A stretch of DNA of 64,000 bases, taken from contig MGGS01000007.1 of the NCBI GenBank assembly GCA_001792535.1, positions 44 to 64,043 on the forward strand, given 5' to 3'. Below are positions 48,829-56,977 of this stretch, in pieces. The stretch's first letter is position 1. Each line of letters begins with the position of its first letter. Position numbers and translations under genes: made by a program. This DNA comes from Candidatus Woesebacteria bacterium RIFCSPHIGHO2_02_FULL_42_20. GTDB lineage: Bacteria > Patescibacteriota > Microgenomatia > UBA8517. The notes beneath the pieces were generated by a model. That model was not told where the DNA came from. It saw only the letters and a program-made list of their open reading frames with translations, and ran no database searches.

Positions 48829-50145
48829 TTAGGGAACATAACCGCATAAACCAACACCAGCAGAGTCGACACAACCTCTGAATGCTGACTCTGAGCTGAT
48901 CCCTTGTGGTCTGTATATATTTGGTTCCCACATTCTCAAACCGCCAAAATCATAGTGGATGTGTGCTCCTCTCGCTCCACCACCGGTTGCTCCACTGATC
49001 CCTATAGGATCACCAAGTTTAATCACTCCGTTTTGTGCAGTTACTACTTCAAGATGGGCATAGGTTGACCAGAATCTGACACCATTGCAGATTGAGGATA
49101 TTCTGACATAATTTCCGTAGCCCGCTCCTTCCCAGCCAACAGATGCTACACCCGAATGAGTGGCGACGACTTGTAAACCTGCTGGTGGTACGTCTACAGA
49201 TTCAGAAGGGTAATGTTGAGGACCAGGGCCCTGGCTAATTCTTAAACCCTGTCTTACTGGCCACGGTCCAGGACATTCATCAGGCGGATTTCCAATTCTT
49301 ACAGTTGCAGTACCCGACGCAGTGCTTCTGTTTGTACTGGTTCCCACCGGCGCATCTGCTGAAACAGTAAAAACATCAACAACTAGCGTGTCAGTATAAT
49401 CAGTAGGTGGCAGGGTAAAGGTCATTGTGTATGTAAAGGTAAAAGTGGTGCCGGCTGGTATGGCATCTGGTGGGTCCGGTATTGAGGCACTAGGACAGCC
49501 GGGGGGAGTCCCCCTGTTATTGTCCCAAATTACACTACATTCGTTGTTATAAGTTATGTTAGTTAGAGCCCCCTGTTTGGCTGTAATTTGAATAGTGTAT
49601 TGAACAGGATAGGGAAGTTGGTCATTGGTCAAAACCCTTGGTTCTGCGGTTTTAATAACGCGGATATAGGGTGACTCAACGTTTCCAGGAGCCTGCAAAA
49701 CTCCGCCAGTATAGGGAGGGACGATGTAGGCGCCCGAGTTGATGATAAATGAAATCGAAGGAACCAGTACAATAAGAGCGAGAATGGCAATCGCAACAGT
49801 ACCCAGTATAGCAAGGGGTATTGCCAGAAAAGCGCCGATAATTGCTAAAAAAGGGGCAAGAATGGCTGCAGCAATATGCTCTTTTTTCATCTTGCCGACA
49901 AGTTTTTCAACAGCCGCTTGTATGGCGGCTGCGGCTAAGGCGAGTCCTGCAGTTGCTGCTGCGGAAGCGGCGGTTGCGGCTACCTTTGCGGCCTGCGTAC
50001 CCATTTTAACGGCTTTAGCGGCGTTAGCAGCGGCTTTGGAAGCGTTTGAGGCGAGGTTTTTCCCGAGACTTTTTACGCCCTTTCCAGCCGCTTGTCCAGC
50101 CAGATCTCCAGCAGCGCTTTTTTGTTGCTTTTGTTCTTCAGCCAC
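48829..50145 (-). CDS. Membrane-anchored M23 peptidase (putative T4SS wall hydrolase)
   Basis: Ala-rich N-terminus, TM, HxxxxxD, YAHL, HIH motifs. Confidence 0.8.
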   Translation of the reverse strand: MAEEQKQQKSAAGDLAGQAAGKGVKSLGKNLASNASKAAANAAKAVKMGTQAAKVAATAASAAATAGLALAAAAIQAAVEKLVGKMKKEHIAAAILAPFLAIIGAFLAIPLAILGTVAIAILALIVLVPSISFIINSGAYIVPPYTGGVLQAPGNVESPYIRVIKTAEPRVLTNDQLPYPVQYTIQITAKQGALTNITYNNECSVIWDNNRGTPPGCPSASIPDPPDAIPAGTTFTFTYTMTFTLPPTDYTDTLVVDVFTVSADAPVGTSTNRSTASGTATVRIGNPPDECPGPWPVRQGLRISQGPGPQHYPSESVDVPPAGLQVVATHSGVASVGWEGAGYGNYVRISSICNGVRFWSTYAHLEVVTAQNGVIKLGDPIGISGATGGGARGAHIHYDFGGLRMWEPNIYRPQGISSESAFRGCVDSAGVGLCGYVP

Positions 50146-52009
50146 TTTGTCCTCCTCGGTCTAATATTACACCGCCCTTGGCTCTCTGCTGCATCTCAAG
50201 CTTCTCCTGCGGCTTGGTGGTGACCAGTCTATGTTCTTGAGGAGAAGAAACGACTCTAATCGGTGCTCTGTGGGGTCCCGCAAAGAAGATCCCTTCTCCC
50301 ACATCAGCCGACATAAGGAGTTGTTTTTCTCCTTGAGACAGATAAAAAACTTCGGTAATCGAGTCCATAGCTGCAGCTGACTGTTTGAGTAAAAGCTTGA
50401 GCGAGGAATTGGTCAGAATTGCTTTACCCAAGTCGTGATTCAAAAAATCCTCAACGTCTTGGGTGATGGTGGTTAAGCCCATATAGTATTTTCTGGCTCG
50501 CTTCACCATTGACCACATAAAGGTAGCGGAATCCGGATGCCGCATCATCTGCCAAGCCTCATCGACAATCAAAATTCGCTTTTTAAGGTCTTTTTTGACT
50601 CTTGTCCAGACGTAGTCAAGAATGATAAACATGGCAATGGGCCGCAGGATGTCTTGCAGGTCGTTAACAGAAAAGACTGTAAAGGAATTGTCGAGCGAGA
50701 CATTTGTCTGTTTGTCAAACATGCCAACAAAGCTCCCTTTGACATATTTTTCAATTCTGGCAGCCAGGTCCAGTGCCTCGTTTGTTTCCATGCCGATGAG
50801 GGTTTTATAAAGGTCTTCCATCAAGGGTGGCTCTTTGTTTTGCGTTTCCGGATATTGGGTTATGCCTTTGTTGCGGTATGTTAGTACCAGCGCCCGGTCA
50901 AGCAATGCTTCACGAATAGGATCAAGCTCTCCCATGATTACTTTAAAAAGGGAATGCAGCGACAAAATTTTAAGGCCGAGCTGATTCTCACCTTCTTCAC
51001 GAACCTGTGCCAGGTCAAAAGGATTAATCTTGGACTGAGATGAGAACGAAAACGACACGTATTCACCGCCTACAGCGTCGCAAAGTGCCTTATATTCAAA
51101 TTCTGGGTCTAGTATTATAATTTCGGCGCCAAGCATCAAGGAACGCACTGCTTCCAGTTTTACGAAATAACTTTTGCCGGCGCCTGAAGTTGCAAAGACC
51201 GTCATGTTATAGTTTTCGAGAGAAAACCTGTCAAAGATGATAAATGAATCGTTTTCGGGATTAATACCATAAAGGACCCCCCTGTCGCTTGAGAGTTCGG
51301 TTGACGTGAAGGGGAAAGTTGTGGCGAGGCTGGTTGTGTCCATATTGCGTGTGACCGAGATTCTGTCTAAGCCAAGCGGCGATGTCGTCAGAAACCCGTT
51401 TTCTTGATCCAAAGCTGCCGTTCTACCGTTAATTAATAATGCACCAAGAGTGGAAAGAATTTGTTTAGAGACGTCATTTAGCTCGTCGATTGTCGCGGCT
51501 GGTATTGTAATGTAGAACGCAAACTCAAAAAATCGTTCAATTCCTTTGACAAGCTCTTCTTGCAATGCCTTTGCGTCATCAAGTTTTGCTTCGGTTGTTG
51601 CGTGGGCAATTCGGCCCCGCTCAATGTCGGTCTCGATTTCGGCTTCCATTTCCGTAATTTTTCGCCTAAGGTCGTCGAGAATTGTTTTTGCGTCGATAGG
51701 ATAGATATAGAAGGCGATATCCAAGGAACTGTCAAAATTCACGACAGGATCAAGCCAACCCGGGGAAACAAATCTAGGGTAACCCGATACATAAAGAGTT
51801 CTATAGTATTTACCGTTGATTATCAAGTAATCAAACTCTTCTTCAATCGTATTTGGAGAAATTATGTCAATGAGATAACTCTTTTTGGCAAGAAAATTGT
51901 CTACCGGCTTACCCATGGCTGGCTTGTATTGCTGGCTGTTAAGTTCGCCTGTTTGCCCTTTTTGCGCTGTGGTTTGAGCGTTAATTTGGTTTTGCTGGTT
52001 CGGGTTCAT
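50138..52009 (-). CDS. virB4: VirB4-like ATPase
   Basis: Walker A ATSGAGKS, INPFDL, Walker B LIVDEAW, KRARKY, ITQD. Confidence 0.9.
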   Translation of the reverse strand: MNPNQQNQINAQTTAQKGQTGELNSQQYKPAMGKPVDNFLAKKSYLIDIISPNTIEEEFDYLIINGKYYRTLYVSGYPRFVSPGWLDPVVNFDSSLDIAFYIYPIDAKTILDDLRRKITEMEAEIETDIERGRIAHATTEAKLDDAKALQEELVKGIERFFEFAFYITIPAATIDELNDVSKQILSTLGALLINGRTAALDQENGFLTTSPLGLDRISVTRNMDTTSLATTFPFTSTELSSDRGVLYGINPENDSFIIFDRFSLENYNMTVFATSGAGKSYFVKLEAVRSLMLGAEIIILDPEFEYKALCDAVGGEYVSFSFSSQSKINPFDLAQVREEGENQLGLKILSLHSLFKVIMGELDPIREALLDRALVLTYRNKGITQYPETQNKEPPLMEDLYKTLIGMETNEALDLAARIEKYVKGSFVGMFDKQTNVSLDNSFTVFSVNDLQDILRPIAMFIILDYVWTRVKKDLKKRILIVDEAWQMMRHPDSATFMWSMVKRARKYYMGLTTITQDVEDFLNHDLGKAILTNSSLKLLLKQSAAAMDSITEVFYLSQGEKQLLMSADVGEGIFFAGPHRAPIRVVSSPQEHRLVTTKPQEKLEMQQRAKGGVILDRGGQSG

Positions 52010-52697
52010 TTTCCTCCCTTTCTATTCTTCGCTCGGTTAAAGTTCCGCTTTTTTCTTCTTCACCAATGTTATAGATTTGGTAAAAAAGCTCAACAAGTTG
52101 TGTAGTTGAAAGCTGTTTAAGCACAAGTCCGGCTCTTGAGGACTGGCGTATTAGGTGGTCTCTTTTTGGATAAAGGGAAACCTTGGCTTTTTTTACAACA
52201 TAATCCTTATTGTAAGGTAGTGGGCCCTTTTTTTTCTTTATGCTCGATGTAAATGATTTACTTAGCCCGAGCTCGAGTGCCGAAAAGGGTGCAACAATGA
52301 AAAACCTTTTTCCCAAAACCTGTTTTTTCTTTATAGTGTCTTTGATGAACACTTTGTATGTTTCCATGAGCGAAGCCAGTTTTGGACCTTTTATTTTTTT
52401 GGATTCTTGGTCTAGGTACATCAAGTAATTGGTAATGTCTTTTCGCTCAGACCGGATAACTATTTGGACAGGGAATGTTAGGCTGTTTAAAAAAGCTGCG
52501 TACGCCAGAATCACCGCTTTTTGCTCGGCAGGTGAGAGTAAACCGAAATTGAGTGATGTAGATTCTAAAACGATGCAGGCAGAGCCGTCTTTAAGGTAAA
52601 CAATGCCGTCTGATATTTCGGCTATAGGGACGTGCACCTGGGTCGTAGATCTGATTGGACTTTCTTTTACTTTAAACAGTGTTTTAATTAGGTTCAT
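51981..52697 (-). CDS. T4SS-associated protein resembling a VirB4/TraC N-terminal region
   Basis: NFGLLSPAEQKAVILAYAAFLNSLTFPVQI; between PrgI-like gene and virB4. Confidence 0.7.
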   Translation of the reverse strand: MNLIKTLFKVKESPIRSTTQVHVPIAEISDGIVYLKDGSACIVLESTSLNFGLLSPAEQKAVILAYAAFLNSLTFPVQIVIRSERKDITNYLMYLDQESKKIKGPKLASLMETYKVFIKDTIKKKQVLGKRFFIVAPFSALELGLSKSFTSSIKKKKGPLPYNKDYVVKKAKVSLYPKRDHLIRQSSRAGLVLKQLSTTQLVELFYQIYNIGEEEKSGTLTERRIEREENEPEPAKPN

Positions 52698-52699
52698 GC

Positions 52700-53647
52700 T
52701 TATTTTGCTCTCACCGCAATTGGAGGTACCAGCTCCCCTTCAGTTTTGAGTTTGATCGGCTCAAAGTCAAAACCTTCTTTTTCGACTAAGATTTTATAGT
52801 CGCCGTCGGCAAGGGGAGTAATCACCATAAAATGCCCCGCTTTATTGGATTTTAAGGCTCTGACAGGGCGACCTTGGTTATCTTTAATTTCAAGTATCGC
52901 TCCCTCGATTATTTTTTTGTCCTTGTCCATCACTTGGCCGACGATAGTATTGGGCAGCGTAGGCGGGCTTGGCGGGGCCGCATCTGGCGAGAATTGGGCC
53001 TGGGTTCCCTCTATTTGCCCCCTTGCAACAAGCGTTTGGTCGACCGCTTTAGTGGTAGCCTGGCCGGGTGGTGCTGCAGGCGTGCTTTCGGGAACCTTTT
53101 GTTTCTCAACTGCTGTGGGGACGCGGGAGGGAATAGCGCCGCTGATAGTGGGTACCGGCTGGGCAGACACTATTGGGTTGTGATGGAGCAAAAAGAGGTT
53201 TCCGATATTTTGCAAAATCGAGCGCTCTGACCGCTCCAAGTTTAGTTGTAAGTTAACTCTTGGCTCCTGGTTCGGTTGGATGTTTTCTGGACTGGTGGGT
53301 GTTACAGTTGTGACTGTTTTGGTTGGCTCCTGAAAATAAACAGGCTCTTTTTCTGTTTTTTTCCAGATAAACTCTGTCGGTGTATAAATTGCTTTAAAGA
53401 AAATTACAATCCAGGTTTCAAGTGGCCTGTCTTCGATGGTGAAAAAGGCGAAACCCACTCCGAGAAGAACAAACAGAGCAACAACTGGCCATTTGACAAT
53501 TGGTGGAAGTGGCGACGCGTAGGTGAGCAAGCCTAATACAACTCCCATCGCTACTTGGAAAAACTGCTTTAAGGTCATGTCGCCAACCAGCCTGAAGCTG
53601 TAGCTTGAGATTTGCTGCGGTATCGGGTGTTCCTGTTCAATTTCCAT
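52700..53647 (-). CDS. PrgI (VirB3-like) family protein with C-terminal carboxypeptidase-regulatory-like domain
   Basis: HPIPQQISSYSFRLVGDMTLKQF, two TMs, DRPLETW. Confidence 0.8.
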   Translation of the reverse strand: MEIEQEHPIPQQISSYSFRLVGDMTLKQFFQVAMGVVLGLLTYASPLPPIVKWPVVALFVLLGVGFAFFTIEDRPLETWIVIFFKAIYTPTEFIWKKTEKEPVYFQEPTKTVTTVTPTSPENIQPNQEPRVNLQLNLERSERSILQNIGNLFLLHHNPIVSAQPVPTISGAIPSRVPTAVEKQKVPESTPAAPPGQATTKAVDQTLVARGQIEGTQAQFSPDAAPPSPPTLPNTIVGQVMDKDKKIIEGAILEIKDNQGRPVRALKSNKAGHFMVITPLADGDYKILVEKEGFDFEPIKLKTEGELVPPIAVRAK

Positions 53648-53742
53648 GTTTCTCCTTCTAATTTACACCGTGAATAAAAGTTTTTCTACAGCTAGCTAAA
53701 AACCCTTGTGTGAATTTGCAGTTGCGGATATACTTTAGTTAT

Positions 53743-54156
53743 ATGGATCAGCAGGAAGTGAAAGCAAAGATTCAACAACTTAATGATGAGGCTTATAAAA
53801 GAGCCAAAGATAACGGCGTAGAATTAGATTTTACAAATGAAAGTGTAACTACAGTTGAAGCGATTTTACTCGAAATGTTTGAGGAAGCTCAGGGCTTGGA
53901 CTTAACCGAGCAAGACTATGAACGCATGGCCGAGGTTTGGGGGGCTTATTTGGGCGAGTCTTTAATCCGCAACCTCGGTAAGGGTTATTGGGACTTCGAC
54001 CAGGAAAGAAAAGCTTACGTTGTCCGTTTGGACGATTTATCTGTTTATTTTCCGACGGAAGTGTACCAGGTATTAAAAAGTGGGCTCGTTGAAAATGTGA
54101 TTGACCTTTATATTGACGTTTATAACCAACATTCTCCGGTTCCGATCCAACTTTAA
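53743..54156 (+). CDS. Hypothetical protein (DUF3806-like motif)
   Basis: LDFTNESV...WGAYLGESL...GYW. Confidence 0.6.
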   Translation: MDQQEVKAKIQQLNDEAYKRAKDNGVELDFTNESVTTVEAILLEMFEEAQGLDLTEQDYERMAEVWGAYLGESLIRNLGKGYWDFDQERKAYVVRLDDLSVYFPTEVYQVLKSGLVENVIDLYIDVYNQHSPVPIQL

Positions 54157-54196
54157 CCATTGATCTTCAGATTTTAGTAGTCTACTATCTTTGATT

Positions 54197-54273
54197 AGAG
54201 GTTGTGTTTAAGGAATGGGGTGCAAATCCCCAGCTGTGCCGCAACCGTAGAGCCGGAAAACTAGCAACCCTCT
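54197..54273 (+). ncRNA. Cobalamin-riboswitch-like structured leader (compact class II-like)
   Basis: Closing stem AGAGGTTG/CAACCCTCT, AGGAA, T-loop hairpin TGGGGTGCAAATCCCCA, CTGTGCCGCAACCGTAG, GAGCCGGA. Confidence 0.65.
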
Positions 54274-54304
54274 GGGCAGAAGGCCTTTGGATCCCGAGCA
54301 GGAT

Positions 54305-55291
54305 ATGAGTGAAAGACAAGCACTAGACATGTGGGCTTATGCTCGCCCAAATTCGGAAATTGACGAAGCTGGTCTTGGGTATTCATTAACTTCACTCTTT
54401 TTGGAAGCAGGAACAGAGGCGCCTACCTATTACAGAATTAGACTAACTCCCGAAGGAAGAGTTGTCGACGATTTTTCGGATGGAAGAGTAGACGTTCGTG
54501 AGCAAGTTGTTATGGAGGACGAACTTAGCCGTAAGGAAAGTTCTACGACGCTTGCTCGGATAAAGGTTATGCTTCAAAAAAGGGTCGGGACATTGTGTGT
54601 TTGGGTGAGCCCGCCAGGAGGGCCGTATGGCTATGAGGAAGGAAAAATAGACGTCGGCTATGTTACCGAAGAAGGCGGTGTTTTAGTCCATTGGGGTTAT
54701 GGGATAAAGACGCGTTTTGACAAACAGACGCATTTATTAATAGCGTCTAGAATAGGAGAGTTTGCTTTGACGTCATGGCCCTTAAATTCTCCCGAGGACC
54801 TTCGCGACAAACTTTTTGAAATTCAAACAGATGATCCGCTGGCATTGCTTCACGAAATTATACCGATGCCCGAAGCGCTGGACTCTATCGAAAACGGTGA
54901 AGCCAGGAGACTTAGAGAAATGATGTTTCAGAAAGCACGGCACGTTGTGAGGCATGTCAAACCGCTTTTAACTTCGGCAGCGACAAGGTGGGATTACATG
55001 CAGGCCGGTGCCCTGGCCGAGAGAATGATGGTGCAGGAAACGGGGATTGAGATATCCGATGGCCCATGCGGTTTGCTGAATTCAAGCTTGGTTGAGAATA
55101 GAAGCGGTACACAATTTGTTGTCGGTTTTGCCCAAATAGACTTTCGTGGAAAAGTTACTGATGTTTTTTCCGGGTCGGGAAATAGGGAAGGTAAATATGT
55201 CAAAAGCTGCGGCAAGTGCGGCAAATCTATAAATGCAGTTATTTCCAAAGGCTACAAATGCTCCTGCGGCGGAGTGTACGAAGGCTGCTAG
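54305..55291 (+). CDS. Hypothetical protein with C-terminal Zn-ribbon
   Basis: WVSPPGG motif; CGKC...CSCGGVYEGC. Confidence 0.75.
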   Translation: MSERQALDMWAYARPNSEIDEAGLGYSLTSLFLEAGTEAPTYYRIRLTPEGRVVDDFSDGRVDVREQVVMEDELSRKESSTTLARIKVMLQKRVGTLCVWVSPPGGPYGYEEGKIDVGYVTEEGGVLVHWGYGIKTRFDKQTHLLIASRIGEFALTSWPLNSPEDLRDKLFEIQTDDPLALLHEIIPMPEALDSIENGEARRLREMMFQKARHVVRHVKPLLTSAATRWDYMQAGALAERMMVQETGIEISDGPCGLLNSSLVENRSGTQFVVGFAQIDFRGKVTDVFSGSGNREGKYVKSCGKCGKSINAVISKGYKCSCGGVYEGC

Positions 55292-55312
55292 GCCATGCTA
55301 TAATTCAGGTAT

Positions 55313-55564
55313 ATGGCAAGAAAGATTGTGGTTAATCCTAAAGTTTGTTTTGGCAAGCCCTATTTCGACGGTACTAGAATCCCTGTCGATATGGTACTCG
55401 AGCTTCTTGCAACCGGCATAGAGATTAAAGATATTGTGAAAGACTATTATCCTCGTCTCACGACCAACGATGTTAAAGAGGCTGTTAAATATGCTTCTCA
55501 GGTTGTCAAAAATGAAGAGGTGGTCGTAAACATTCCTCGTATAGGAAAACTGGCTGCGATTTGA
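55313..55564 (+). CDS. DUF433 antitoxin-like protein
   Basis: VNPKVCFGKPYFDGTRIPV...YPRLT..DVKEAVKYA. Confidence 0.9.
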   Translation: MARKIVVNPKVCFGKPYFDGTRIPVDMVLELLATGIEIKDIVKDYYPRLTTNDVKEAVKYASQVVKNEEVVVNIPRIGKLAAI

Positions 55565-55571
55565 AAAACAA

Positions 55572-56051
55572 ATGCGCTTGCTTGCAGATGAAAACGTTTA
55601 TTTTGTAATTACTAACCGTCTAAGTGGTCTGGGTTTTTCGGTAACGAGTGTTTATAAAGAAGGTCTTATTTCAGAAAGTGACTTAAATATTTTACTTTTC
55701 GCGCGAAAGAAGAATTTGGTTATTTTAACTCAAGACAAAGATTTTACAGTATTGCATAACGCATATTCCCACAAAGGAATAGTTTTACTGAGGAAAGTTG
55801 ATAAGTCATTAGGAGCTGTTATGGCAAATCTCATTAAGTTTTTGGAAGACGATAAAGGTAAAAGTGTCAAAGACAAGATTATTTCTGCTTTGGGTGTTGC
55901 CGATGATGGTGATACGGTGGAGGAAGCGTTAAGTAATGTCACGGGGGCGATTAAAACTTATGTTGATAGTTTGACTGAGGATAAACTTCCTGTTCCTCAC
56001 GATGAAACTCAAAAAGATATTATTACAACTACCCAGGTTGCCCCAAATTAA
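55572..56051 (+). CDS. DUF5615 PIN-like toxin fused in frame to a HicB fragment
   Basis: LLADENV, ILTQDKDF, GIVLLR; from ~55884 ALGVADDGDTVEEALSNVTGAI...LPVP. Confidence 0.7.
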   Translation: MRLLADENVYFVITNRLSGLGFSVTSVYKEGLISESDLNILLFARKKNLVILTQDKDFTVLHNAYSHKGIVLLRKVDKSLGAVMANLIKFLEDDKGKSVKDKIISALGVADDGDTVEEALSNVTGAIKTYVDSLTEDKLPVPHDETQKDIITTTQVAPN

Positions 56052-56226
56052 ACCCCGCCAAATCCAAAAAGTTTTACTTAAGTCAGGATTTGTTCCAAGA
56101 CCAGGAAAAGGGAGTCATACAGTGGTTCCCGTACACAATCGGCCGGTCAGAATAGGCACTTTGTATTCAATTCTTGGCCAAGCAGGGATTAAAGTCGGCG
56201 ATTTCCTGAAACTTCTGAAGAAGTAA
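56029..56226 (+). pseudogene. HicA toxin with internal deletion
   Basis: PRLPQIKPRQI..GF...GKGSH directly joined to TVVPVH...GTLYSILGQAGI; no clear native start. Confidence 0.65.
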
Positions 56227-56238
56227 TTGCCAAAGTTT

Positions 56239-56268
56239 TCCTGTGGCGGAGTGTACGAAGGCTGTTGA
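56239..56268 (+). repeat. 30-bp diverged copy of 55262..55291
   Basis: Both copies encode SCGGVYEGC*; only synonymous and stop-codon differences. Confidence 0.85.
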
Positions 56269-56287
56269 AAATGGTACCATTAGGGCA

Positions 56288-56599
56288 ATGAAAGTAAATA
56301 ATAAGCAGGAAATATTGGAATTACTAGCCGGGAATAAATCTACCTTTTCAGGTTATGGAATAAAAAGGATTGGTTTATTCGGTTCGTTTGCGCGTGGTGA
56401 GCAACACGAAGGAAGTGATATAGACCTATTAGTAGAATTTGATAAAAAGAAAAAAAACTTTAAGAACTTTATTAAGTCAGCAGAATATGCGGAAAGTCTC
56501 CTGGGAAGAAAAGTTGAATTTTTAACCCCCGAATCGGTTAGTCCGTATATTTTTCCCTATATAGAGAAAGAAGTAAATTATGTCCAAATCTCCGGTTGA
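56288..56599 (+). CDS. Minimal nucleotidyltransferase antitoxin (MntA-like)
   Basis: IGLFGSFARGEQHEGSDIDLLVEF. Confidence 0.9.
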   Translation: MKVNNKQEILELLAGNKSTFSGYGIKRIGLFGSFARGEQHEGSDIDLLVEFDKKKKNFKNFIKSAEYAESLLGRKVEFLTPESVSPYIFPYIEKEVNYVQISG

Positions 56600-56924
56600 A
56601 TACCTGAAACACATTTCAGATGAAATTGATTACTTGGCTGAAACTACGGAAAGTCTGAGTGAACCTGATTTTGCAAAAAACCTTACTTTACAGAAAGCCT
56701 TTGTTAGAAGTTTGGAAATTATTGGTGAGGCAGTTAAGAACTTGCCTGAAGATTTCAAAGTTAAATATTCGCAGGTAAATTGGAAGTCTTATGCAGGTTT
56801 ACGGGACAGGTTAATCCATCATTATTTTGGTGTTGACTACGGGATTGTCTGGGATGTGGTCAAAAACGAAGCACCGGCATTAAAAGAAAAAATTAGTAAA
56901 ATTATTGAAGTACTTCGTAAATAA
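56580..56924 (+). CDS. HEPN/DUF86 toxin (HepT-like)
   Basis: LEIIGEAVK, RDRLIHHYF. Confidence 0.9.
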   Translation: MSKSPVEYLKHISDEIDYLAETTESLSEPDFAKNLTLQKAFVRSLEIIGEAVKNLPEDFKVKYSQVNWKSYAGLRDRLIHHYFGVDYGIVWDVVKNEAPALKEKISKIIEVLRK

Positions 56925-56977
56925 TAAATCGTATTTTGTGTTGTTTGTTTCTCCCCCGGCTGATATAATTTGGGTGT

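Noticed and set aside
54210-54260. GGTGCAAATCC hairpin as a tRNA T-arm
   Set aside because: No acceptor, D or anticodon arms can be built; flanking motifs fit a cobalamin-type aptamer
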